Assembly: GCA_013265495.1 (NCBI GenBank)
Contig: MU062470.1
Span: 806,001-870,000, forward strand
Direction: 5' to 3'
DNA: 64,000 nucleotides
DNA from: Vicugna vicugna
Taxonomy: Eukaryota
Shown: positions 24,238 to 37,150 of the stretch, one piece after another
Layout: each line of letters opens with the position of its first letter
Position numbering within the stretch: the stretch's first letter is position 1
The notes under the pieces: generated by a model
The model's database searches: none
Told to the model about the DNA's origin: nothing
Seen by the model: the letters and a program-made list of their open reading frames with translations, nothing else
Translations under genes and position numbers: made by a program

Positions 24238-26537
24238 AAGCTGCATTTGCTCAGTTCTTTCAGATGATCATCCTCTTGTGAAGGAAATTCATAAGCTGTG
24301 TGTGAGCCCAGGTTCCACGCATAAGTCACCCCTCACTCTGGAAACAAGTCTCACGTCTCAAAGTCTATTTCAGTGACTCATTCAAGACGCATCGAAAAGA
24401 TGCTCATCAGATCACTAATCTTCATCCAAAGCAATGAACTTTTAAAAGGCTTAGTAAACCCTTCCACGTGCACAGCATTTAGTGCTCAGGTGCTAGTAAG
24501 ACACTCCTTCCCCTTGAGAAGGACTTCACTCCCGATTCGAGCGAGAGTTGTCGATGCGTGGGGGAGGAAAGCCACCTCACAATGCCAGTTGTCAAGGAAA
24601 AGTCAACTCACAAGATGAAACAGGACTGACGGCCAAATGAATACTGTGCATCAAGTCCAGAGTGACTGGAAGGACTCTGGAAAAGGTGAACTTGCAACAC
24701 CCAGTTCCTGTAACGGGACAAGCCTGCTGACACTGTGCGGTGTTCATAATAATTACATTTTTTACTCTGAGACCCAAAAAGTTGCCTTTTTATTCATCAG
24801 TTATCACCCCTACCATTACCAAGAGGGGTTGGAATCTTTCCTTTACAAAGTGTTTCACTCCACATCTATTTGGGGAGTCACCTAAAATAATTACAGCCGC
24901 CTACGGTCACACCCCAAAACCCGCCTCCAAGTCACATCTTTGAGGAAAAATACAAAAGTGCCTTCTGGTGTGAAACGCTCTCCGGTCTCAGCAAATCCCA
25001 GGCCCCCGAAGAGGGAAGGAGCCCAAACGGATCAGTTCTGCGGAAGGGCAGGACGGCCTGTCTGCCTCTGCTCCTAACGTCACCAGCCCCCGAGCTCCTG
25101 CGCTGTCAGCCACCGCTGAACAGTCACGGGGAAGTGTTCCCATGTGCAGCACAGGTGTTTGTGGCGAAAAGCATCTGGATTTAAAACCAGGATGTGTTAA
25201 AAGCTTTGTCAAGCAAGCGGACATCCAGGCAGCTCAATTCGGCGGGGCCAGGCGGCGCTGGTGAAGTTTCTCAGGAAGCTTTGCGCAGAGTGTTGAAAAA
25301 GCAAACAGTCTCTCTGACCTTCAGAACATTGCTATTTGGACTTAAAACACACTGCTCCCCGTGGTGGAAAATGCACGTGGAATATGCAGACCCATTCTGA
25401 CTGCCGTCCGGACAGGGCACGGACCCCCCGTGCCCAGAAAGTGTTCCTGGACGTAGTAGCAAGGAAATATTTTCTGATCGACAACTTGTTTTTGTCCTCT
25501 CCAGGACTGCTATTCAGGGGAAAAGCATGGTGTGAAAAGTGCCCTTCACTGATCACCCCGTTTTATCTGGTCTCCAGGGTTATTTGCACGGGGCAAGTAC
25601 TGTTCAGAGTATTAGCATGATTTCCACCCAGAGTCCTTGAAAACCACTCTCTCCAGCCCTCCGTGCTGCCTTCCCCACTTCAAAATAAATAGGACAGAAA
25701 AAATAAAGCAAAACAAGCAAAACACAAACATCCCCAAACACCAAGCTCTGGACTCCAGCATCCTTAACGACACTGTAAGGCGAAGAGGCCTGTGGAGCAG
25801 CAGACCTCTGCAACCAGTCCCTGGACTCACTCGTGCATCAGGAACGTTCATTTCTCTCCTTGAGGGGCTCCTGCGTGAGTGACGTCCACATTGTCACTAT
25901 GAGAGCTTTGGCAATCGGGTTGTTCAGAGGTGCCTTCAGCCTTCCACCACTAATCACGGTTTCCACTCGACACCCTGACCTACTCCCCTTTTCCCTCATT
26001 CTTTGTTCTCCTCTTAAAACTCCAGAGGTCCCTAATTCTTACAAAGAGATTGAGGCTTCGCCTGGTGATAGCACAACTTCTGTATCAAAACTTTAAATCA
26101 GTGTAAGGTTAACAGGAAAAGCTGTACTTGTAATAAAACCGGGTTTGTTGAGAAATCGGCAGAGACGTTGTGTTCTCATTCTGGACACCGACACTGGCTT
26201 TAGTCGTGGTGGGAAGAGGGTGCGTTTTCACATTGTAGGTGTTTTTGACAGCTTGCAAATGAACATGGGTTATGCCTCAGCGGGGCTTACAGACTCCCCT
26301 TTTGGCTTCGGCCCTGCTCACTGGAGTTGGCTTCAGTTTAACACGGGCACACCTCCACACCGCTCTTCTTGCAAGTGACCTCATGGTGGTTCCGCTCACC
26401 AGACAGAAGGGACTGGGGCCTCTGGGTACAGGTCAGACAGCAGCTCCGTAAGGAACTTCTGGTCTTCATCAGTGAGATTTATTTCACAGAAGTAATCTTC
26501 TGCCCTAACTAGTGTCCGACGTAAATGGGGGGTCTTA

Positions 26538-26659
26538 CCTCTAAGTGGACTTGATTATTACACAGCAGGTAATACACGGCATGGGTCTTAAACACGACGT
26601 ATATAGTTATACACACAACTGAGACTCAGACAATGTGACAAAATTATTATTACTATTGC
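26538..26659 (-). ncRNA. Candidate noncoding exon (122 nt)
   Basis: Long pyrimidine acceptor TCTCTTGTTCCTGCTTTTCTATTCTATCACAG|G and donor GAG|GTAAGA. All three frames contain stops. Confidence 0.3.
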
Positions 26660-28069
26660 CTGTGATAGAATAGAAAAGCAGGAACAAGAGACTGAAGACG
26701 AAGTTCTCTCAACAAATACACTTTCAAAGGATAGTCGGAGACGTAAGTTGTTCCTGCTCATTCAAGTTACTGTTTCTATTAGAGAAAGAGAGGGAGGAGG
26801 AGACCGAGAGGGAGAGACCGCCTAAGTTATACTGCCGTCCCCTTTGTCTGCGGGGACACTTTGAGGGCCCCGAGGAGGTGCGCGGAACCACCAGGGCACC
26901 AGACCCCACGCAGTCCATGTATTTCCGTCCGGACGCCGCCGGTGATGAGTTTGGGTTTGTGTATTTGGCACAGCGCGAGGTTGACAGCGTGACGGTGCTG
27001 TCCCTCCCTCCCTCAGGTCTTCCTGCACGCTCCCACGCCTTTCTGTCCTCACCCAGCCCTTGTCACGCACTGTGGCCATGACCTTCACGGCCTGAGGTCC
27101 GACAGCAAACCCAGCCTGCCCTGCCCTCTCCTGCCTCGTGACACCGGGGAGAGGCCGCCTCCCTGCCTCGGGCCTGGCGTCGCTGGTGCACTGTTCGCTC
27201 ACCTCGTTCGGCCCAGAACTCATGCCTCTTCCCTGAAATGAAGCACTGCACGTCTTCTCCAGCGCATCCCAATCGCCAGCTTCATTCTTCTTGTGCTCTG
27301 AGGCCATTAAGTAAAATTAGGGTCACTTGAGCACAAGGCCCTCAGCACCCAGACGGCCGCTCAGTGCCTGACGGGAGGGACGCCCTGGTCCTGCCGGCGG
27401 GACCCTGTTGACATCGCGACCTTTCATCACCTGCTCAGGATGGCGCCAGGCTTAGAACTGACGGACTGTTTATTTCTGGGATTTTTCCATTTAATAACTT
27501 TGGACTTCGGTAGACCACGGATAACTAACGCCTCTGAAAGCAGAATGGAGGATACTGGGGATGACTACAGTTTGTGTAAATAATTTAGGATGGCATCTAA
27601 TAAAAGAAACATTCACCTGTTGAGCTGTGGGGAAGTCATTCTGGCTTATACAGGAGTTAACTTGAGTTTGATGCTCACTAAAACAGCCTGTTCTTTCTCT
27701 GTGGCCCATCAAACATGCATTGCACATCTGCTTTAATTATTAAAGGAAAGGGCGCACTGAGCAGAAGTAAAGTGTCCGCGTTAAAAATGAAGATTAACGC
27801 CCTCTCTCTGGGACGCCAGCGCCGGTCCTGCTGTAACAGTAAGTGTCCCGCCCCCGGCGCCAAGGCCACCCTGCACCTGCTGCAGGCGCACGTGCGCGTC
27901 TGATTCTCTGTAAACCTTGAACAATGGTCCCCCTGACTTGTTTAGTGTTCTTTGTTCTGACAAGGTTTACAGCTGTGCTGGAAACCCTGCTTCTCTGAAG
28001 CAGTTTCTCAGAGTCATCAGGGAAGTGGCTTCTGGGCTAGTCCTCGGTTGGGCTCAAGTAAGACTCTTT

Positions 28070-28148
28070 TACTGGAGGTGCTGGGGATGGAGCCCAGGAC
28101 CTTGTGCATGCTGAGCACATGCTGTACCCCGGAGCTACACCCTCCCCC
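28070..28148 (-). mobile_element. Camelid tRNA-derived SINE (Vic-1 type), head portion
   Basis: Reverse complement reads gggggagggtgtagctccggggtacagcatgtgctcagcatgcacaaggtcctgggctccatccccagcacctcca. Confidence 0.88.
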
Positions 28149-28875
28149 ACTTAATGATTGTTCATTATTTTCATCAACACATTTCATTTAATTCATTGAA
28201 AGACTAGGAATTATTCCTTTGTCATTCATTTGTCATTTGTCACAGGTAATTATGAAGTGTCAACTGCGGGCTGGGTGTTGGGCTGGGCACACGTGGGACG
28301 CAGGAGCCTTCCTTCTTGGGACAGAGGCTTCACGCTGATTCAGTAAGAAGAAACTGCATGATAATACATTGTCTGAAAACCATGGCGAACGTTACAGATT
28401 GAGTCTTACTAGGAAATGTTCATCTTTCAGCCGTAAAGCAGCAGCCCCCTCCCCCCGACACATACACAGCCCAGCCTGAATGGGCGCACGGCCAAAATGA
28501 CCCAAAAACTAAGACTTAGTGCTCACAATTATTCTACATTTATTTACAACTTGTTATTCTTTTTACTAAAGGACTCGGGCTACTGATAAGATCCAGTGTT
28601 TTCCCAGCCCGGATTGAAATGGCTAAATCTAAGACCCCAGGTATGCTCAGGAAATACACAGCTCCAAGGCCCCACGTTTAGTTTTCAGTCCAATTCTGGA
28701 CAATGCATCCAAATTTACCAAAAGTTTATCTTAAGGTTACAGCTCACACAACTGCCTCATCCCCACTGAGGAAAAAGCTGACCAAACCTTCATCTCAATA
28801 GCTTTTTAATCACTTCCCACTTTCCAAATAACCGATAATACATTTCTACTAAATGTTTACTTGGGATTTTTAAAG

Positions 28876-28988
28876 CAGTGGTTCTCCACCTCAGCTGCAC
28901 TGGAAGTCAGCCGGGGCCCCACCTCCCGAGTCCGCTGCCCGGGCCTGGGCGAGGGCTCGCTCCCTGCAGCCGGACTTGAGAACCATCT
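28876..28988. mobile_element. hAT-Charlie MER5-like MITE (short)
   Basis: Terminal inverted repeats CAGTGGTTCTC...GAGAACCA. Confidence 0.7.
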
Positions 28989-29254
28989 ACATAAGCATGG
29001 AATTTAACCGTAGCTTCACCTCCTCCTCAGGCACACTGAATGCCTCCGATTAAAACCAAACTCTTTCTCCTAGAACTTTGTAAGTCCTCTGTTCAGTTGC
29101 TATGCTAAGATTCACACAGCACACATTTTCTTTCAGCCAAAACTGGTCACGTGGTCTTGCTTAATCAGACTGTAAGCCTTAGTATATCCACTGTATGGCG
29201 TTCATTTTTGCTGTTTGAGACCTAGGGTTCCCAGAATCTGATCAGAAGTCCCGA

Positions 29255-29523
29255 CAGTCTGTCCAGCACAAGGTGCATAGAAATGGCGACGGTGAAAACC
29301 CTGGCCTTTTCCTCAGTCTTCTGTATTACATGTGACCTTAGCTGTCGGTTTGTCATGGATGCACTCAATTGGTTTAAGGAGATTACTTTCTGTTCCAAGT
29401 TGATTGAGAGTTATCGTGAATGAGTGTTTACTTTTGTCCATTTTTAATGTGACAATTGAATTAATTTTTTTTCTTTTATTTGACTTACCTTACATGGATT
29501 GGTTTTCTCCTGCTAAATCAACC
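29255..29523 (-). mobile_element. Ancient L1 ORF2 (RT region) fragment
   Basis: Antisense L1 text ttagctgtcggtttgtcatggatg...ctaaatcaacc. Confidence 0.7.
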
Positions 29524-29713
29524 AATCAGGAGCGAAGGGAATGGACCAATCAGGAGTGAGAGAAATAACCAATCACTAGTGAGCTCCATGTAAATGAAGT
29601 ACTACAAATGGGCCAATCAGAAGTTAGGGAAGTGGACCAATCAGAAGTGAGAGTAATACCCAATCAGGAGTGAAGGAAATAACCAATCAGAAGTGAGCTC
29701 AGGGAACCAACAG
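29521..29713 (+). repeat. Periodic CCAATCA array (7 boxes plus 1 degenerate), probably part of an ERV1-type LTR
   Basis: CCAAT at 29522, 29546, 29569, 29613, 29637, 29660 and 29683, and CCAAC at 29707. Confidence 0.85.
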
Positions 29714-30299
29714 AATTTTAGGGGTAAGTAAGCCGTTTCAGAGGCAAAGAGTGAGATAGAGCCTCTGGGCCAGGGAACTGGACGGTCCCGGCAGGAGAGT
29801 AGTGGCCCTGCCTGGGGGTCCTGCCGTTTTTTTATGGGGCTTCCCGCCTCATTAGGAGGTAAGTTTTGTTTGTTCTAGAGTTTGGAAAACCCTTGAAGAA
29901 CTTAGAGCAGTAACGATTTGAAAGCGACAAACACTGAATTGGTTTTGTGGTAGGATGAAGGGGATCCTGAGAGGGCTGTTCTCCGAAAGAATTAGAAGGT
30001 GAGGTCAGTTCCCTAACCGAGCTCCATGTGGACGCGGGCTGAGGAGGGGGGTCTGTGCGTGCGGGACGTGTGTGACCACGGATGTCCCCACGGGGGCCAC
30101 CGGGAAGCGCACAGGGATGTCACCAAGCTGACCCGCTGCAGCCCGACCCCCAACTCGTGGAGGGTGTGTCCCCCGGGCGCTGTGTCCTCCCAGCCCCATC
30201 GCGGGGCCTGATCTGGGGTCAGAGAAGGAGACGACAGACCACCCAGAACAGAGCAAAGGACAAACATGCCGAAGCTTCACCCTGGTTCTAAAATGCTCA

Positions 30300-31600
30300 C
30301 GTCCAAGGTCCTACCGGACCGTGTGCCCAGCAGGAAGTCTGGTCCCGGCCGAGCCCCGCCCCGTCTCCCCGAGAGCATCGCAACCTCCTGCCGGTGCTGC
30401 TCCCAGCGCCCGGCCGCCTCCTCCAGGACGAACCCCGTTCTACGGCACGAGTCCGTTTCAGGAAACGTTTCCAACCCAAAAAGACCGTTACTCAAGCTTC
30501 CGCCTCCTTTCCGCTACGTTTTATATGCATGTCTTGCCTTGTTTTATCATTCTTTATCTGAAAAGTTCCCTTGTCTCCCCAGAGGTACCGAATGTGTTTT
30601 GAAAACAAGCAGCTGTCTTTCCTTAGTGCAGGACAAGGGCAGGGAAGGAGCTGCGCACCCTCGGGCTCAGGAGAGACCCCAACGTCCTCGCCCAGCAGCA
30701 CCTGGCGGGACGCCCTGCCCGCGTCCCCAGCGAACCGCGGGGCCCTGAGCCGGGCCACTTCGTGCCGCTCTTCGCCGTTTCCTTCGCCTGTGGGAGAGCT
30801 GACATCTCTCTTAATATTTTTAAAAAGATTAATCTGTGATGCTTTGAGAACCTCTCAACTCTGGCTTCCCCGCTGCCCTCCCCCAGCCCCCTTAAGGCTC
30901 ATCACTAAGTGACACAGAGGACGAATAAGTAAGACAGGGAGGAAATGGGGGGGATGAAGGAAGGAAAGAAGGAACAAGGAAGAAAAGGGCCACACAGAGA
31001 GGAGGAGAAGAGAGAGAAAGAGGGGAGGACAATGGAGGAGGAGGTGAAGCAGCAGCGTCCAGCGGGCGACCTTGAACATCCCCAGAACAGCGGTCCCTCG
31101 CGGCGCCGCGAGCCAAGCGGGCGGTGGCCGGTGACACCCTCGCCCTGCAGCGCACGCGGCCGCACAGACAGATGGAAAAACGGCCGCTGTTCGCGCGGCA
31201 GGGAGCCGCGCCGGGCCAGCGCACGGCTTGTTCCAGGGCTGATGGTTTCCTCTGGTCTTCCTGCCAAGAAAGTGAGGAAGCTCGAGACAGGTGTCCCGGC
31301 AGGCCAGCTGAGGCAGCCCGGGGGCAGTGGCCAAGGACACACACGGCTCCGGCCTGCCGCGCTGGGCGGGGCGGGGCGGACAGGTTGAGAGCTCAGCCGG
31401 CTTCCAGCTCTGCTGGGAGAGGGGTCGTCGGGGCGGCCCTCCTGAGCCTCCCTGCCCCGTCTCCCGCTGCGCCCCCGCCCCTGGACCCGGAGCGCGACCT
31501 CACGCTCAGGGCCCCAGCTGACGGGGGTCCGCGTCTCAGCTCCCCGGGCCCCGTGTCTCCCCTCCTCCACCCAGGGCAGCGCTGACTCAAGCGAGGGCTC
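30300..31600. promoter_or_regulatory. CpG-rich island(s) flanking a polypurine tract
   Basis: Dense CpG at 30300-30450, 30690-30790 and 31070-31560, with GC boxes at 31365-31380. Confidence 0.5.
30931..31050 (+). repeat. GA-rich polypurine low-complexity tract
   Basis: Directly visible. Confidence 0.85.
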
Positions 31601-31929
31601 GCTTGGCAGCCTGAGGCCGGTGTCTGTATCAGTCCCACAAATGGTAAAGCAAGAGCACTGAGAAAGATGGAAAATTTTGTGAAAACCTTTAAATGGAAAA
31701 GAAGGTTCTTTTCCTCGCCATCTTCCAGGAAACCATCTCTCTCTGCTGGGGCGGGAAAGGCGTGGTTTCCAGTGCATTTCAAACAGGCCCCAAGCCCCCA
31801 ACCAGGACCCAGGATGTGACAGAGGTTGGCAAGGCTGCATCCTCCCCACACTGGGTCCTGGAATCTCCTACAAGTAAATGAAAATGTCCTAGAGTCTGGA
31901 AGCGTAGCAGTGTCCTGTATTTACCTGGG

Positions 31930-32371
31930 TGTCAGTTTTCCAGGCCACCGGAGAAATCACTGCAGACTGGGTGGCTTAAAACAGCAGAAGTGTGTCCTCT
32001 CACAGTCCTGGAGGCCAGGTCTGAAACCAAGGTGTCGCAAGGCCATGCCCCCTCTGAAGGCTCTGGGAGGAGTCCCTCGCCTCCTCCCGCTCCCAGCGCC
32101 AGACATCGCTTGGTCGTGGACGTGTCCCTCCAAACCCTGCCTCCACCGCCACGTGGCCTCTGCCCCGTGTCCCTGCCTCTCTGCTCCTCACCCCGTAGGA
32201 CTTTCATCATCAGTTTGAGGGCCAACCCTGGTCCAGGATGACCTCATCTTGAGATCTTCACCTTAGTTAGATCTGCAAAGAACTCATTCCAAGTCAAGTC
32301 ACATTCTGATGTTCTGGGCATTCATGGTTTTCGGAGGAAGAGCACCGAGTCCCTTGTGTGGTGTGACCACA
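31930..32371 (-). mobile_element. MaLR LTR (MLT1A-D-like), near full length
   Basis: gactgggtggcttaaaacagcagaagtgtgtcctctcacagtcctggaggcc...gatgacctcatcttgagatc...gtcacattctga. Confidence 0.9.
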
Positions 32372-32414
32372 GGTAAGTGATGAAGGTACAGAGAGGATTT
32401 TTAACTTAAAGCCT

Positions 32415-32660
32415 GAATTATTTGAAATAAACTTTTCAAACTTCGAGAAGACTTTATAACAGTTACATACTCACAATCCAGATCAAGGAAATGGTAGCTT
32501 TTTCCACGTTCATTTATTATATTTTATTTTTTAAATGAGACGTTATGGACACAACGGTTCTCATTCCCTGCATACCTCTCCACACATAATTATTATTTCT
32601 GAAGTATGTTTGCACTGGATTGCAATTTGCTTTTTATTAATCACTATCATTTTAGTCATC
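32415..32660 (-). mobile_element. Ancient L1M 3' fragment
   Basis: AT-rich sequence resembling the antisense L1MC/ME terminus. Confidence 0.4.
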
Positions 32661-34679
32661 ATATACATGATGCTAGAAGTCAGTCTAGTTCACTTACTGT
32701 AACTGCCGTGTCAGGGCCTTAGAATTGGAATTGACCTTCCTGAATGTTGAAATCCTAGGCGATCGTTCTTGCCCAGGCCACCTCACAGCATGGCGATAAC
32801 TGAACAGGACAGCTGTGTGTATGGTCCCCATTCGCCACGCAGACCTCTCTTCCTCTAAAACGTCCGCCCCCTTGATCGCTGTGCTGCGATTCAGTGTGTC
32901 TGTTGCCACTGTGTCAAAGTCATTTAGATTTTGTTTCAATAACTCATCCTCATCCCTTCTTTGCTAGCAGATGATAAATAAAAAGGACCTTTATTAAAAG
33001 CCTTTATTAGATATGAGGGGTCTTGTTTTAGTTAAGCGTGCTGCAGAAGCTTCAGTGACCTGTTTGACCATCGGGTCCAACTGGCAAAAAAAAAAAAAGA
33101 AAAAGAAAAAAGAGAAAAAAGCTCCTAATTTCTGAGTTGTTTTTGCTGGACCAGAGACAGTGGCACAGTTGTCACATTACAGCCAACTGCAGGTGTCATT
33201 TCAGCAAAGTTGCTTCTTCCGGTCTCCCAACACAACACAGCTGAGGAAAGGGAGTGAAGCCCTTGAAAACAGCGTCACTGCCCAGGAGTCGGACCGCTCC
33301 GAGCCCAGGGATGCTGCTTGCCACCTGACACTGAGCTCCTTTAAGCCGGAAGTGCTGGGTGCAGTTCACCGCGCTCTTAGGACTCCTCCCTCTGCCCCGG
33401 ACTCTCGGCTGATAGAGAATGAAGGTGCCATGCTGCCGCACCGCTCACTATTTATTGTAAACAGACGCGTCTTTGTTTAGGTCACTAAATACAAATGTTA
33501 AACCCAGCTAGATGGAATGCAGGTAAGGTACTAAGAGCCCAGAAGGGCCCGGAGGCAGGAGGGTGTGGAAGAGCAGGGCAGAGGCAGCTGCACCAGCGGT
33601 GCCAGGGGAAAGAAGAGCACTGCAGTTGGCCCCCAAACTAGTTTTAATCATTCTGGCAGAAAAACTAAGAAGGAAGTTCAAGGCACAACATAGTGTGAGT
33701 TACGTGGTAAATGGCAGTCTACCGGTTCTAGAAAAGGTCGACTTTTCTTGGCACGGTAAGTGCTCCATAAATAGAATAAATAAGAAGCCATCTATTGTGT
33801 AGGTTAGAATCAGCTCTGGCTTCAACAGCAGTTCTTCATGTTACGTCTTACACTGATGTTGAACAAAAGCATGTATCGTTGAACGATAACGCTTTCCTGC
33901 GGTCACCCAAGGTAACCGGCTCCAGGAAGCGACACTCTGATGCTCTGATGTGCTATGGGGGTGGAGCCTCGGGCTCTAAAAGAAGGAATAGTCGACATAG
34001 CTCATGGTTTTCCCTTTGAAAGTCCACTTTCTCAGCTGGACTTTTGGCAAATCACAAAAAGCTGAACAGAGATTGGAGTGTAAGTATTTTTGTGTTAATA
34101 ATCAAAAGAACAGCCAAAGCTTAAGATGCCAACAGTGCAGATGACCAACTGATGTAAGTCAAGGAGATCTGCTTACATTCCAACCACGTTTTACAGATTT
34201 GTGCAGCCAAAGCACAGCCTGGCAGAATCCCTGCTTCCCCAAGACAACGACCTTGGGCCTGCTCGACTGCATCAACAGACCACCTCCCAGAAACCCCCAA
34301 ATGTGTGCAGAGATGCGGCGAGAGAGCAGGGCAGGCGTTCCCGAGGGAATCACGGGCTGCTCTTTCTACTGACATCACCCTCGGCTTTTGGAAAGAACTG
34401 CCTGCAGACACATCCACGGGGATGATTGAACTGCACGTTCCACGGCCCCCACACCAGGAGACGAGCGAGTCTGCCGGCGGTGGCGCTGAGTGGCGCACAC
34501 GCGGTCACCCTGAGAGGTCTCTCCCAGCAGCACGGTTCTGGTTTGAGCGCTCATTTGTTTTTAACTCTCCGTGATGACAAGAACTGGTGAATATGCTCAA
34601 TTATTCTTCACAATTGAGCCTGAGATGTGATGCTCCAAGTCAGGAGTACATTTTGTATTTATTGACTTTTGAGGTGTAT

Positions 34680-34985
34680 TTATTCATTTGTTCCACAGAG
34701 ATTTATTACACGCCTAGTATGAGGCAAGGACCGTGCTCAGCCTTGAGGATAAGGGATGGAAAAGACACAGTGCCTGCTCTCAAGAAGTTTCCAGATGATT
34801 GAAATAAAGGGTCAAAACTGCTGAGGGCAAGACAGCACACCAGCCTTGGGGAACCTTGACTCATCAGACTCAGGCTGGTGGGTCAGAAAAGGCTTTCCTG
34901 AGGAAGCGGTTCCCCAGCCTCGAAAAAGAGAGAGCGGACTTTAAGCCAAAGCAAAGTGGTAAACAAGAGAGGGCACGGCTGACCA
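34680..34985 (-). mobile_element. L2 3' end
   Basis: ttattcatttgttccacagagatttattacacgcctagtatgaggcaagg...cagtgcctgctctcaag. Confidence 0.8.
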
Positions 34986-35299
34986 GAGCTATAAGTAGAC
35001 TTTGTTAGAATTCATGGCCTTGGGGCAGCCACACCTGTGTTGGGAGACAGAAGGCACCACTTTTGAGGCTCCAAAACTCCAAGGAGAATACTTGGTTTTA
35101 GATTTTCCCAAGTGAGTCACAGAAAAACTGCCTGCAACACAGACCTCAAATAATTTCCACAAAGTTTCAGGAATCATATACTGACAATACTTTTTTTTAA
35201 ATCACAACAAATTAGGAAAAAAATCCAGTATGAGAGCCGGCAAAAACTACCTAAAATTGAATCAGACTAACAGTGACTGCCGATGTTAAATTATGAGAT

Positions 35300-36130
35300 A
35301 CAGACACAAAGTTTGCTTAAGGATATATGAGAGGGACACGGAAAACTGATCAGGGTGTTGGACAGTATTAAAATGACCAGATTGGAAACAAATGCATCTT
35401 GCAGAAAAAAACACTCGCCCAAGACAGATGAAAAATTCAGATGTATCCTGTCTAATCTGCTGGTCAGACAGGGCTGAAGAAACAGTGAGCTGAAGAATAG
35501 TTTTGAAAACACTTCCCAGAATGTAATACCGAAAAATAGAAACCAGGGGGAGGGTAGAGCTCAGTGGTAGAGCACATGCTCAGCATGCAGGGGGTCCTGG
35601 GCTCCGTCCCCAGTCCCTCCATTGAAAGAATTAACTAACTAAATAAACCTAACTACCTCCCCCCACCAAAAAAAGAGGCAAAAAAAACTATAACAGAGAT
35701 GCTTATAGACATGGAAGACAAAGCAAAGAGATAATATACACTTACCTTGTCAGTGTCCCAGGGAAATAATAGGAGATGACAGATTAAAAAGTTATTAGCT
35801 AAGACTTTCCCAGGAGAAAAAAAATAATAAAGACAAAAACAGTAAAGAAAAAAAGGAAAGACGGAAAGAAACAAGGAAGACACGTCCCCATAAAAAAGCA
35901 CCGCACCACAGTCAAGTGGCACAGAGCCACCTATGGAAAGGAACATCTCAAAAACACCAGAAACAGCAGCCAGTGAGCTGCACGTGGGTGACTGCTAGGC
36001 CAGCAGCAGGCTCCCCCGGGCAGCACCGGCAGTCAGAGGACAGCGCGACGTCCTCAGTACCCTGGCAGGAAGTAACAACCAACACCAAATGACACCTGTC
36101 AGCACAGAACGTGCCATTAATTCTTCTTAA
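35300..36130 (+). mobile_element. Ancient L1M ORF1-region fragment, interrupted by a SINE
   Basis: A-rich degenerate ORF1-like text on both sides of the SINE. Confidence 0.45.
35546..35688 (+). mobile_element. Camelid tRNA-derived SINE (Vic-1 type), full length
   Basis: ggggagggtagagctcagtggtagagcacatgctcagcatgc...aaataaacctaactacctcccccc plus an A tail. A-box present, B-box degenerate. Confidence 0.92.
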
Positions 36131-36599
36131 AAAAGGTAATATATAAATTAAAATTAATTCTGTTGAAGCATATTTTACCGAAAATCCTATACTTTAAATG
36201 ACAAAAACTAAGTTATTAAAGAAAATAGAATATGGAAGCAAAAGGGTGTTTAGTTTTCATACATAGAAAGAACTCAAAACTTTCCGTTTTATTGGCTGAC
36301 AATACAAAAGTTAAGAAGCATTTGACAAACTTAAAGATAACCATTCATACAAGTCAAATCCCACCATGACCTGAAACTAATATAATGTTATTCGTTGATT
36401 ATATATTAATTTAAAAAGAAGAGGAAGAAAAAAAGCCTGTCATGGACTTTGGACATCACTAGCGAAGAAATAAGGAAACGAAATACATGCCATATGTGCA
36501 GAGGCAGGACTTAATGGTGAGAGCAGGGAAGCTAATGCAACAGCAACTGTCTCCCGCAGGCAAAGGTCCTCACGCTCTCTTTCAAATAAGCAGTGATGC

Positions 36600-36800
36600 A
36601 CAGAACAGCACAAACACAAATTCGCAATGTGCACATTTGTAACTGTGCGTGTAGGGAAGGCCAGAATGCAAGATGCAGCACTCTTACAATTTAACCACCT
36701 GCTGTCTCTGGGTGATGGCTAATGCTAATTTTCTACTGCAATTCATTTCTGTGTTTTCAAAATTTCCTTTAATGTTTGTATAGAACGTACATAAACACGA
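36600..36800 (+). mobile_element. L1ME-like 3' end
   Basis: gtctctgggtgatgg...ttctgtgttttcaaaatttcc. Confidence 0.55.
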
Positions 36801-36819
36801 AAACCACGAACACGTAAGA

Positions 36820-37150
36820 GCCCCGGTTCAAGTGCGAACTCCTGTGGCGGCTGCCGACACGGCGGTAACGCCGCAGCGCCGCTCGGCCGCGCCCCCTCAG
36901 CTGCGAGAGCGAGCGAGGGGCCTGCACAAACCTGACATCGCGGCCTCGGTCAGACCCGCACGGGGCAGCAAACGTCGACTAGCGGGGTCAGGAGTCCATA
37001 ACGCCGAGACAGAGCATGACAGAGGCGTTGAGAGCATTTCTGCCGAGCTGAAAGCCACAAACACTGCTCCGGCAGCTGGAGCTGGGCTCTCAGGGCGGCG
37101 TGCTTCCCGGCTGGTTTGGTGACTCCCCCGCTCGCCTCGTGCCTCAGTGG
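36820..37150. promoter_or_regulatory. Small CpG-rich island
   Basis: Dense CpG cluster directly after AT-rich L1 sequence. Confidence 0.45.

Noticed and set aside
24238-24343. Minus-strand exon candidate
   Set aside because: Its GTGAGT donor is just the end of the minisatellite, and all frames from the acceptor hit stops.
30905-31849. 314-aa minus ORF and overlapping ORFs
   Set aside because: GC-rich, low-complexity artefact. Several frames are open on both strands and no family is recognisable.
35546-35620. tRNA-like sequence (also 28070-28148 and 51303-51380)
   Set aside because: SINE heads with a degenerate B-box and SINE-specific tails, not tRNA genes.
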